From the NCBI GenBank assembly GCA_043821705.1, contig JBDRCN010000051.1, forward strand, positions 28,007 to 92,006: DNA of 64,000 nt, given 5' to 3'. A program made the translations under genes and the position numbers. This stretch comes from Candidatus Omnitrophota bacterium (GTDB lineage: Bacteria; Omnitrophota; Gorgyraeia; Gorgyraeales; Gorgyraeaceae). Position 1 is the stretch's first letter. Each line of letters opens with the position of its first letter. Below the pieces are notes generated by a model, which saw only the letters and a program-made list of their open reading frames with translations, made no database searches and had not been told where the DNA came from. Shown piece by piece: positions 38,079 to 48,693 of this stretch.

Positions 38079-38114
38079 AACCCTATACCATACAAGGTAT
38101 AGGGTTATTTTTTT
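38079..38114 (+). terminator. Rho-independent terminator, the likely riboswitch attenuator, immediately before the btuB-like gene
   Basis: aaccctatacc-atacaa-ggtatagggtt followed by tattttttt. Confidence 0.75.
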
Positions 38115-38129
38115 GGGAGGAGAGATCAA

Positions 38130-40133
38130 ATGAAAAAAATAATATTGATCGGTATTGCGGCTGTAACATTATCTTCTTTTGCTTACGCAGAAGACAGCGC
38201 AATAGATTTGGAAAAGATAGTTATAACCCCGGCGCGTATGTGTCAATATATGAACGAGGTTGTCTCAAATGTGGATGTAATCACTAGCGATGATATTGCT
38301 GGCTCTAATGCGCTGTATGTAAAGGATATTTTAGAGCAGAAACTAGGCCTGAACATATACAGCAATAGCACCCCCAAGACAGTCAAGGTAGACATCAGAG
38401 GCTTTGCAGATACATCTGTAAGCAATGTATTAGTATTGATCGATGGCAGAAAAGTAAATTCCATAGACATGTCAGGCGCAGACTGGGTACAGGTACCTGT
38501 GGAGACAATAGAAAGGATAGAGGTCATAAAAGGCGCTGGGTCAGTCCTATATGGGGATAATGCAGTAGGAGGTGTAATTAATATAGTTACAAAAAAAGGC
38601 AGAGGCGATAAGGCCTCTGGGAGCGCAGGCGTTAAATATGGAAGCTATAACTTGATCAAGGAAGATGTTGAGTTGAAAGGGGAGTTTAAAAAAGTGTCTT
38701 ACTATTTCCATTCTGATTACAGTGAATCAGATGGTTACAGGGATAATAGCGATCTATTGGTAAAGGATTATAATACTAGGATATGTTTTGATGCCACAGA
38801 TGTTCTTAGTTTGGATTTTGCAGCTGGCTGGCATGAGGATGACTACGGCATGCCAGGAGGGCTTAATGACTCTGAATTGGCACAATATGGAAGACGAGGA
38901 TCAGTGGATAATAGAGATTTTGCCACTACTAAGGACAGATACATAAGACTATCTCCTGATTACAAGGCTGAATTGTTTGGCGTGGATTTTGGGGATATTA
39001 TAATAGACTTATTTTACAGGAACAGGGATTCTTACTCATGGTTCTATTATGGGGGCTTTCCAACAGCTACTAAGTATATGATAGACACGAAAGGTGTGAC
39101 ATTGAAGCACGTTTATAAGGGGGACCTTAAGGGCACCAGGCTTAACGTTGTGACAGGCGTAGATTATTATGATGTCGAGCATATTATCAAGCAGAGCGAA
39201 TGGGGAACAGATGATCTGACCATTTACAAGGATGAGCTAGGTGTTTATTCATATCTTGACTACGAACTATTTGACAAGTTTTTTATAAATACTGGAGGAA
39301 GGTACCAGACTGCAGAATATACTTTTGACCAAAGGGCTTCAAGCGTTAATTATGTAAAGAGAGAACCGAGAGAAAGTGTTTTTATGGGCGGCGCCAAATA
39401 CGAATACAGAAAAAACTCTTTTATACATTGTAGCGTTCATGAGACTTTCAGGTTTTTGGCGACTGATGAGTGGTATTCAACATGGACAGGATTAAATACT
39501 AATATCGATCATCAAACAGGAATTCAATATGAAGCAGGCATAAAACATGATTTTGACAATAAAGCCAAAATTAAATTGACCCCTTATTTAATAGATATAA
39601 AGAATGAGATATATCTCAATCCGAGCGTATGGCCCGGGAACAATGATAATTATGATAAGACAAGAAGAAAAGGGCTTGAAGTAGGCGTGGAAGCCAACAT
39701 AAAAGACATATTGGAGATAGATTTTCTGGATAAATTGTCTTTATCAGCAAACTACAATTACCAGGAACCAAAATTCAAGGATGGCTCTTTTAGCGGCAAA
39801 TATATACCTTTTGTCCCAAAGCATTCTTTTAACACAGTGCTGGAAGTGGGTGTTTTTGACGGTTTAAATATTTCAGCATCAGGCAGGTTCATTGGGGATA
39901 GGTACGCTATAAATGATACGAGCAATGTGGCATCCAAAGTGAAGAATAGCTTCGTATGCGATACAAGATTATACTTCATTAAGAAATACTATGAGATCTA
40001 CGCAGGAATTAATAATATATTTAATGAGAAATACTTTGATTACGCTGTTAAACCTACTGGAGCAGGTACTGCAAAAGATTACTATCCTGCACCAGAACGC
40101 AATTTCGAAGTCGGAGTAAAGTGTAAATTTTAG
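38130..40133 (+). CDS. TonB-dependent outer-membrane receptor (BtuB-like cobalamin receptor)
   Basis: It has a signal peptide, a TonB-box/plug region (EKIVITPAR), a 22-strand barrel-sized C-terminal part and a terminal aromatic residue (…KCKF). Confidence 0.85.
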   Translation: MKKIILIGIAAVTLSSFAYAEDSAIDLEKIVITPARMCQYMNEVVSNVDVITSDDIAGSNALYVKDILEQKLGLNIYSNSTPKTVKVDIRGFADTSVSNVLVLIDGRKVNSIDMSGADWVQVPVETIERIEVIKGAGSVLYGDNAVGGVINIVTKKGRGDKASGSAGVKYGSYNLIKEDVELKGEFKKVSYYFHSDYSESDGYRDNSDLLVKDYNTRICFDATDVLSLDFAAGWHEDDYGMPGGLNDSELAQYGRRGSVDNRDFATTKDRYIRLSPDYKAELFGVDFGDIIIDLFYRNRDSYSWFYYGGFPTATKYMIDTKGVTLKHVYKGDLKGTRLNVVTGVDYYDVEHIIKQSEWGTDDLTIYKDELGVYSYLDYELFDKFFINTGGRYQTAEYTFDQRASSVNYVKREPRESVFMGGAKYEYRKNSFIHCSVHETFRFLATDEWYSTWTGLNTNIDHQTGIQYEAGIKHDFDNKAKIKLTPYLIDIKNEIYLNPSVWPGNNDNYDKTRRKGLEVGVEANIKDILEIDFLDKLSLSANYNYQEPKFKDGSFSGKYIPFVPKHSFNTVLEVGVFDGLNISASGRFIGDRYAINDTSNVASKVKNSFVCDTRLYFIKKYYEIYAGINNIFNEKYFDYAVKPTGAGTAKDYYPAPERNFEVGVKCKF

Positions 40134-40226
40134 TTTTAGAAGCAGGGACGGTTCTTGAGCTAATCGGAAGAGTGTCCCCAGGCGGGACATTCTTTGCTTT
40201 ATCTGGAGAACCGTTCCCACAGCTGT

Positions 40227-40255
40227 TGACAATTTAGCCTACACTTGCTATTATA
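40227..40255 (+). promoter_or_regulatory. Sigma-70-like promoter (TTGACA-17-TATTATAAT) for the tonB-like gene
   Basis: ttgacaatttagcctacacttgctattataat. Confidence 0.5.
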
Positions 40256-40262
40256 ATTACAA

Positions 40263-40952
40263 ATGTCAGAGAACAAACCTTTTAAGATCGCACTTCTTGT
40301 ATCAGCGCTTATACACTCGATCTTTTTTATCTCCTATCCTGGTATTAGGCTTTTAGCGCCTAAGTATACACCTAGAGACCTAAAGATCACATACTGCAAA
40401 GTAAAGGAAGTCCCTGAGAAAAAATTAATAGGTATAAAGCCAACAGAAAAAAAGATCCCTCTAAAAGGTATTAAACCTACCCAACCAGAAAAAATGCCTG
40501 AAGTAAAAAAAGAAGATATCCTTAAGAAGTCAGAGCCTGTAGAAGCAAAAAAAGAAATACCTAAGCCAAAAGTCAAACCTGTAAGCAAAGTAGAGGTCGT
40601 TAAAGAAGTAAAGTTTGAGGAAGTGATAGAAGAAGAGAAGGACGATGCTAAGAAAGCTACTTATATTAGTTATTATCGCTCAGTAAGAGAGAGGATAAGT
40701 TATTTTGCAACTATAAATTACCCAAGTTATAACCTAATACATGATGGGGAGGTTTTTTTAACATTTGTTGTAGCTTCAAATGGCGAGCTATTAAGAGTGA
40801 GCGTTGTAGATGAGAGATCCACTGATAACCAATATTTAAGAAAAATAGCTCTTGATAGCATAAGAGATGCCTCTCCATTTCCCATCTTCCCAGAAGGCCT
40901 TAATCAATACCAGATCACCTTTAATGTAATAATCTCTTTCGAAGAAAATTAA
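40263..40952 (+). CDS. TonB-family energy transducer (Pro/Lys-rich linker + TonB C-terminal domain)
   Basis: It has an N-terminal TM segment, a KP/EK-rich spacer and a C-terminal YPSYNLIHDGEVFLTFVVASNGEL...FPIFPEG. Confidence 0.7.
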   Translation: MSENKPFKIALLVSALIHSIFFISYPGIRLLAPKYTPRDLKITYCKVKEVPEKKLIGIKPTEKKIPLKGIKPTQPEKMPEVKKEDILKKSEPVEAKKEIPKPKVKPVSKVEVVKEVKFEEVIEEEKDDAKKATYISYYRSVRERISYFATINYPSYNLIHDGEVFLTFVVASNGELLRVSVVDERSTDNQYLRKIALDSIRDASPFPIFPEGLNQYQITFNVIISFEEN

Positions 40953-40955
40953 TAT

Positions 40956-40983
40956 CCTCCGCAGACCCTGGGTCTGCGGAGGG
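40956..40983. repeat. Solitary REP-like palindrome (variant centre CCCTGGG)
   Basis: cctccgcagaccctgggtctgcggaggggg, the same family as the REPs at 22.0-22.9 kb. Confidence 0.8.
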
Positions 40984-40996
40984 GGTAAAAAAGTGC

Positions 40997-41067
40997 TTGA
41001 CAGAGAAAAGCAATACGTGTAATATATAGACCTCTTTAATAGCACTCCTCGAGTGAGAGTGCTGATA
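40997..41067 (+). promoter_or_regulatory. groESL promoter (TTGACA-17-TAATAT) followed by a CIRCE/HrcA operator (TAGCACTC-N9-GAGTGCTGA)
   Basis: -35 at 40997-41002 and -10 at 41020-41025. The inverted repeat is at 41037-41067. Confidence 0.75.
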
Positions 41068-41122
41068 ATTAAAATTCATTAGGTTGCCAATAAAAACCGA
41101 ATAAAAACAGGGAGGTGTAAGT

Positions 41123-43067
<1,945 letters not shown>

Positions 43068-43093
43068 TCCGACCTAGTTCTAAATAAACATCA

Positions 43094-43130
43094 CCCGCGA
43101 GTGATATTATGTTGCTCGCGGGTTTTTTTA
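43094..43130 (+). terminator. Rho-independent terminator after groEL
   Basis: cccgcgag-tgatattatgttg-ctcgcggg followed by ttttttta. Confidence 0.8.
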
Positions 43131-43429
43131 TACCCATAACAGCAAATATGTCAAAGCTAAAAGGAACCCTGTTTGCTCATATGAAAATTTCCCCTTCGGG
43201 TCACCTTTTATTCAGCATTTTTCGGGGCTCGAAGAACTTGCCACCACAAAATCTGGTGTGGTGGCTTCGGACAGCTTCGAGCCTTTTCGCCTCATAGAAT
43301 GTGGCATAAAAACCGAAAAATGCTTCATAAAAGTCTAAATTTCAAATTCGCAAACGAGGGTATCCGTTTTAGTTTTGACCATATAGGCCTATTGTCAGGT
43401 TGCTTCTAACCTGGTTAGAAGTGGCAGAT

Positions 43430-43519
43430 CAGCAGCGGGTGGCCGCGATTGGGGTCCCTGCAAGCGCGCAGCGTTTGGCGAGCACTTGCGGGGTGAATCG
43501 CGGACAGGACCCGCTGCTG
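43430..43519 (+). repeat. GC-rich structured repeat element, copy 1 (nested stems: CAGCAGCGGGT...ACCCGCTGCTG outer, CCGCGATT...AATCGCGG middle, CCTGCAAG...CTTGCGGG inner)
   Basis: It is ~90% identical to 47368-47464. The differences are compensatory on both strands of each stem. It is immediately upstream of a TTGACA -35 box. Confidence 0.7.
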
Positions 43520-43592
43520 ATAAGTTACGGAGATTGCTTTGACAATGAACACGCCCTATGATATATTAATATAATAAAGATAGGGGGTATAG

Positions 43593-44531
43593 ATGGCGAT
43601 CCTTCAGGAGCTTCCAAAAAAACTTATCGATAATATTTCAAAAGTAATAATCGGGAAATTAGATGCCATTGAACTGGTAGTGATAGGGCTATTAAGCAAT
43701 GGACATATATTGCTGGAAGATGTTCCGGGTTTGGGCAAGACTATGCTTTCAAGAGCTCTTGCAAGATCCATTGAAGGAGATTTTAAGAGGATACAATTTA
43801 CACCTGATCTTTTACCATCCGATGTAACAGGTGTCTCTATATATAATCAGAAAAAATGCGAATTCGAATTTAAAGAAGGCCCTATCTTTGCAAATATACT
43901 TTTGGCGGATGAGATAAACAGGACCACGCCCAGGACGCAATCAGCACTTCTTGAAGCTATGCAGGAGTTTAGCGTTACAATGGATGGAGAATTGAAAAAG
44001 CTTCCTAAACCATTTTTTGTCATAGCTACAGAAAATCCTATAGAATTTCATGGTACATATCCTCTTCCAGAATCTCAAATAGATAGATTCTTGATGCAGA
44101 TAAAAGTCGGTTACCCTACGAACGAAGAAGAAGTAAAGATACTGGTAAAAAACTTGAAAGAACCCCCGATTGATAAACTAACCAGCGTAATAGACATAAA
44201 AGATATATTAGCTTTGCAAGAAGCAGTAAAGACAGTGCACTTAGACACTCATGTAAGTCAATATATCGTTAAAATAGTATCAGAGACTAGAAACCTTCCT
44301 GGAGACATAAAGCTCGGGGCTAGTCCTCGTGCTACCCTAGCTCTTATGAATACTTCCAGGGCTTTAGCATATCTGAATAAAAGAGATTATGTCATACCTG
44401 ATGATGTTAAAAAACTTTCTTATCACGTGCTTAACCATAGGATCATTCTTCAGCCGCGCTCGATCGTTAGAGGGCTTACACCAGAACATATCATCTCTCA
44501 TATACTGAAAAATATGGCTGTTCCTGCATAA
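43593..44531 (+). CDS. MoxR-family AAA+ ATPase
   Basis: Walker A GVPGLGKT, Walker B LLADEINR, and the MoxR C-terminal region. Confidence 0.9.
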   Translation: MAILQELPKKLIDNISKVIIGKLDAIELVVIGLLSNGHILLEDVPGLGKTMLSRALARSIEGDFKRIQFTPDLLPSDVTGVSIYNQKKCEFEFKEGPIFANILLADEINRTTPRTQSALLEAMQEFSVTMDGELKKLPKPFFVIATENPIEFHGTYPLPESQIDRFLMQIKVGYPTNEEEVKILVKNLKEPPIDKLTSVIDIKDILALQEAVKTVHLDTHVSQYIVKIVSETRNLPGDIKLGASPRATLALMNTSRALAYLNKRDYVIPDDVKKLSYHVLNHRIILQPRSIVRGLTPEHIISHILKNMAVPA

Positions 44532-44534
44532 AAG

Positions 44535-45755
44535 ATGCCGAAGATCAAATGTATATCCCTTGCCTTCACTACCATTCTTACGTTAGCCTTTGCCTGGAAC
44601 ACAAGCGTTGAGCTTTTTTATACTTTATTCATATTAGGTTCCAGCATACTTATACTTTCTTTCCTGAGCTTTGTAACATTTAAAGCTAAACTCAAACTCG
44701 CAAGAACTGTCCAGGACATAGCATACGAAGATGACCTTATAAACGTAGGCATTGACATATCGAGCAAAAAGATACTTCCGTCTTATTCAGTGGAGATAAT
44801 AGATCATTTTAAAGGCGAGTCACCAGGGCAGACAGAAAAATCCATGTTCCTTTCAAAGTTAAAAGGAATGGGATCCAGGAAGATCAGTTATGTCACAGAG
44901 TGTTATAAAAGAGGGCTATGGGATTTTGGTCCCATCGTAGTGTCTTCGCAGGACTTTTTAGGGTTCTTTGAATCCAAAAAGAAACACAAGGTCTTTTCAA
45001 AGATCCTAGTGTACCCAAAGCTATTCAATGTACTTACTTTTCCAGAACCTAAAAGCTCGTCTTTATCCTGGATGGGAGTTGAGACAGCTAAGATAAGCGG
45101 TGATAGTCACGAATTTTTTGGTGTAAGAGAATACCAGAGAGGGGACCTGAAATCCAGGATCCATTGGCCATTGACCGCGAAACACAACAAGCTTATAACA
45201 AAAGAATTCCAAAGAAGCGCAGCGCAGGAAGTCACTATAATCTTGGACCTCGAAAAAGATCATGATATCGGGATAGGAAGGGATTCTACCTTAGAATATT
45301 CTGTCAAGATAGCTGGCTCTATAGCAAAGTATCTTTTGGATAAAGGGGTCTTTATACAGCTAATAGGGCACAGCAAGGAAAGAGATATCCTTCCGTTTGG
45401 AAAAGGTGAATCTCATATGCATAGGATATTGGAATATCTTGCGATGGTCACTTCAGCAGAAGGCCTAAAACTCAGCCATGTCCTAGATGAGGCGATATTT
45501 TTTACACCGAACCAATCTACACTTGTCACAATGGTCTTAGATAATGACTTAGAGGCGATATCCAATCTCTTCCAATATAAGATAAAAGGCATCAAATTAA
45601 TATTATTCGTATTTTCTGTAGAGACCTTTGGGGTTATCCATGAAACAGAAAAAAAACATGTTACTGAGTTTGAAGATACATTGGTAAACCTAGAAGCAGA
45701 GACCTATAGGATATCAAAAGATGACAATCTAGAGGAGAAATTACAGGCTAAATGA
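44535..45755 (+). CDS. DUF58-domain protein (VWA-like partner of MoxR)
   Basis: It has N-terminal TM segments and REYQRGDLKSRIHWPLTAKHNKLITKEF, the DUF58 signature. Confidence 0.8.
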   Translation: MPKIKCISLAFTTILTLAFAWNTSVELFYTLFILGSSILILSFLSFVTFKAKLKLARTVQDIAYEDDLINVGIDISSKKILPSYSVEIIDHFKGESPGQTEKSMFLSKLKGMGSRKISYVTECYKRGLWDFGPIVVSSQDFLGFFESKKKHKVFSKILVYPKLFNVLTFPEPKSSSLSWMGVETAKISGDSHEFFGVREYQRGDLKSRIHWPLTAKHNKLITKEFQRSAAQEVTIILDLEKDHDIGIGRDSTLEYSVKIAGSIAKYLLDKGVFIQLIGHSKERDILPFGKGESHMHRILEYLAMVTSAEGLKLSHVLDEAIFFTPNQSTLVTMVLDNDLEAISNLFQYKIKGIKLILFVFSVETFGVIHETEKKHVTEFEDTLVNLEAETYRISKDDNLEEKLQAK

Positions 45756-47308
45756 GAGATACCACGGAGAATTCTTTTTATCATTGGTCAAACCTAGCGC
45801 TTATTTTGTTAGTTATATTTTCTATCAGAAGTCTTACAGGTGTCTTTATTTCATACGTACTCTTCTTGGGCTTGATAGTAGGGTTCTTCGTAAGTTGGCA
45901 TATAAAAGACATAAAGATACGTTATATAGGTGCTGTGATAAATATATTATCAGTAGTCATGTTTATATTCATAATGGGAGAGATGTTAAGACCTGGCCTG
46001 ACGTTTTTTGACATCATCAGGACACTCTCTCTAATGCTTGCTTGGTTTGCATTCCTTAAAAGTTTTAACATAAAAGGCTTAAGGGACTATGGAACATTAC
46101 AGATCATGTCTGTGACGATGCTAATACTATTTGCTTCTCTCAAGATGGAGAGAGATATAGAACACCTACATATCGTCCTATTGTTCTTTTTCATATTTAT
46201 TTTTACGATGAGAATGAACCTGCGCTGTGAAAAAGTGGAAAAAGATTCTTTTATGGCTGACAGAAAAGATAGGTCATCCATTGTGTATAATGACCTAGGC
46301 CTGGCAGTCATACTTTTTTTATCAGTCATCTTAATAGCGACATTGTTATACCCTTTTATCCCTAAAAAGGATAATTTTTCAGTGGATTTTTTACCTAAGA
46401 TGATCCCAAGCGCCTTTATTCAAAAGATCTCAGAGAACTTAATGGAGAAGATAGACTTTGACGATATGATGCAAAAAAAGTTGCCTAGGGATAAGTCGCC
46501 TCAGTCATCTTCTGAGCCATCAACTGCTTCATCGTCTGATCTCGTATTAGAGTCAACACCTCTTTCATCATCAAGCGTTTCGTCGTCATCTATTTCTGCG
46601 TCAGAATCACCTGCGTCTTCATCATCGAGCTTATCTTCCGCGCCATCTATCTCCGTAGATGCTATATCGCCATCATCTTCTGCATCGTCAAGCTCGTCAT
46701 CTTCTGAGTCGTCTTCACCATCTTCTTCAGTAGCGCCAGAGACAGTCAAGATCGAGGAAGAAGAGGAAGAATATGAACCTGAGTTATTGAGGAAAATAAA
46801 TTGGTGGCTTATTCTATTGCTTTTATTATTACTACCTTTTTTAATATGGCTTGTCCTCCTGATCTTAGTACCGCTACTTATTATGTTTTTGCCTTATATC
46901 TTAGTGGCTATCTATCTCATTAGAACTTATATCCGTAGATATGTACTGAGCAAAAAAGCTAAAGACAATCCAAAAGAGTTTGTAATGGATATATACAGGT
47001 CTTTACGTAACAGCTTGAGGTTTTATGGGCTGAGCATAACTACCCACCAAAGTCATATGGAGCTTTACGATGAATTAAAAAAACATAAGGCTGCTTCATC
47101 CGAATATATGCATAAACTGACGACTAATGCATTAGAAGCTAGTTTTTCAAATCATCTGATCACTAAAGAACACTCAAAAGAAGCTTTGACCTTATTTAAG
47201 ATCATAAGATACAATCTTCTGAATAATAGAGAAAGTACGCCTTTATGGAGGAGAATATTTTTTAAGTTAGCTGTCCTGGATATTACACTGGTTTCGGAGG
47301 AGTTTTGA
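45752..47308 (+). CDS. Membrane protein with a Ser-rich/acidic low-complexity region and a C-terminal DUF4129-like domain (third gene of the MoxR operon)
   Basis: It has multiple N-terminal TM segments, a ~90-aa S/A/E/D-rich tract (46500-46790) and a C-terminal TM followed by a DUF4129-like region. Confidence 0.55.
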   Translation: MRDTTENSFYHWSNLALILLVIFSIRSLTGVFISYVLFLGLIVGFFVSWHIKDIKIRYIGAVINILSVVMFIFIMGEMLRPGLTFFDIIRTLSLMLAWFAFLKSFNIKGLRDYGTLQIMSVTMLILFASLKMERDIEHLHIVLLFFFIFIFTMRMNLRCEKVEKDSFMADRKDRSSIVYNDLGLAVILFLSVILIATLLYPFIPKKDNFSVDFLPKMIPSAFIQKISENLMEKIDFDDMMQKKLPRDKSPQSSSEPSTASSSDLVLESTPLSSSSVSSSSISASESPASSSSSLSSAPSISVDAISPSSSASSSSSSSESSSPSSSVAPETVKIEEEEEEYEPELLRKINWWLILLLLLLLPFLIWLVLLILVPLLIMFLPYILVAIYLIRTYIRRYVLSKKAKDNPKEFVMDIYRSLRNSLRFYGLSITTHQSHMELYDELKKHKAASSEYMHKLTTNALEASFSNHLITKEHSKEALTLFKIIRYNLLNNRESTPLWRRIFFKLAVLDITLVSEEF

Positions 47309-47367
47309 AATATTGCTCTTTCATCTGACAGCCTGTTTGGCATTCGAAAAATCGTAAGATTACTATA

Positions 47368-47464
47368 CCAGCGGGTGGCCGGGATTGGGGCTCCCCGTAA
47401 GCGCGCAGCTTTTCGCGAGCACTTACGGGGTGAATCCCGGACAGGACCCGCTGGCACAACAGCC
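47368..47464 (+). repeat. GC-rich structured repeat element, copy 2
   Basis: The same nested-stem architecture as 43430-43519, with covarying stem bases (CCGGGATT/AATCCCGG, CCCCGTAAG/CTTACGGGG). It is immediately upstream of a TTGACT-17-TATCAT promoter. Confidence 0.7.
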
Positions 47465-47531
47465 TTGACTTTTTACAAGTTTTACTGTATCATAAAAAAA
47501 TTAACTATTAAATCAAACGGAGGTACATAAA

Positions 47532-48692
47532 ATGGGGATGTGGATTGGAAGAGGCAAGCAAGCACGTATGTGTTATGGCTTTGATGAAGTAGCCCTAGTC
47601 CCAGGGTCTTTAACAATAAACCCTAATGAAACAGACACTAGTTGGACGCTCGGTAAAAAAACCTATAAAGTTCCTATATTAGCAGCTGCTATGGATGGGG
47701 TAGTGGATGTAAGATTTGCTATTGGGATGAGTAAGCTTGGCGGAGTTGCAGTGCTGAACTTAGATGGCGTGCAGACTAGATACGAAAACCCTGAAGAGAT
47801 ACTAAGTAGGATCGAGAAAGCTACTTCCGAAGAAGCTACCAAGCTAGTGCAATCTCTTTATTTAAAACCTGTTAAGGAAAAGCTTATAATCAAGAGGATC
47901 GAGGAGATAAAAAAAGCTAAGCAAACTGCAGCAGTATCTACTATCCCTCAGAATGCAGAACATTATGGGAAGATCGCTCAGGAAGCAGGTGCAGATATAT
48001 TTGTGGTCCAATCTACAGTTATCAGCATAAAACATGTTTCCAAAGAATACAAGGTGGTGGATTTTGAGAAATTCATAAAGTCTATGAAAATACCAGTTAT
48101 CCTTGGGAATTGCGTGACTTATTCTGTAGCTTTAGAACTGATGGAAGCAGGAGCAAGTGCTATTTTAGTAGGTATTGGGCCAGGCGCAGCTTGTACCACT
48201 AGAGGGGTTTTAGGTATAGGGGTTCCTCAGGTAACTGCTACAATAGACGTGGCTCAGGCAAGAGATTTTCACTTAAAGAAAACAGGCAAATATGTGCCTG
48301 TAATAACTGATGGAGGCATGGATTCAGGAGGAGATATCTGTAAAGCTTTTGCTAGTGGCGCAGATGCTGTAATGGTAGGCTCAGCTTTTGCTAGAGCAAA
48401 GGAAGCTCCAGGAAGAGGCTATCATTGGGGTATGGCAACTCTGCATGCAAATCTACCAAGAGGCACTAGGATACGCGTAAATACGACAGGTACTCTCGAA
48501 GAGATACTTTTTGGGCCAGCTAAGCTAGATGATGGGTCACAAAATCTTGTCGGAGCTCTGATGACATCTATGGGTAACGTGGGTGCAAAGAATTTAAAAG
48601 AGATGCAATTGACAGAACTTATAATAGCCCCATCGATAAAGACCGAAGGGAAATTAATGCAGAGGGTCCAAAGAGTCGGCATGGGAAAATAA
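47532..48692 (+). CDS. IMP dehydrogenase/GMP reductase-family protein lacking CBS domains (GuaB-like)
   Basis: TIM-barrel IMPDH-family sequence with a GIGPGAACTTR catalytic-loop equivalent. 386 aa. Confidence 0.7.
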   Translation: MGMWIGRGKQARMCYGFDEVALVPGSLTINPNETDTSWTLGKKTYKVPILAAAMDGVVDVRFAIGMSKLGGVAVLNLDGVQTRYENPEEILSRIEKATSEEATKLVQSLYLKPVKEKLIIKRIEEIKKAKQTAAVSTIPQNAEHYGKIAQEAGADIFVVQSTVISIKHVSKEYKVVDFEKFIKSMKIPVILGNCVTYSVALELMEAGASAILVGIGPGAACTTRGVLGIGVPQVTATIDVAQARDFHLKKTGKYVPVITDGGMDSGGDICKAFASGADAVMVGSAFARAKEAPGRGYHWGMATLHANLPRGTRIRVNTTGTLEEILFGPAKLDDGSQNLVGALMTSMGNVGAKNLKEMQLTELIIAPSIKTEGKLMQRVQRVGMGK

Positions 48693-48693
48693 G

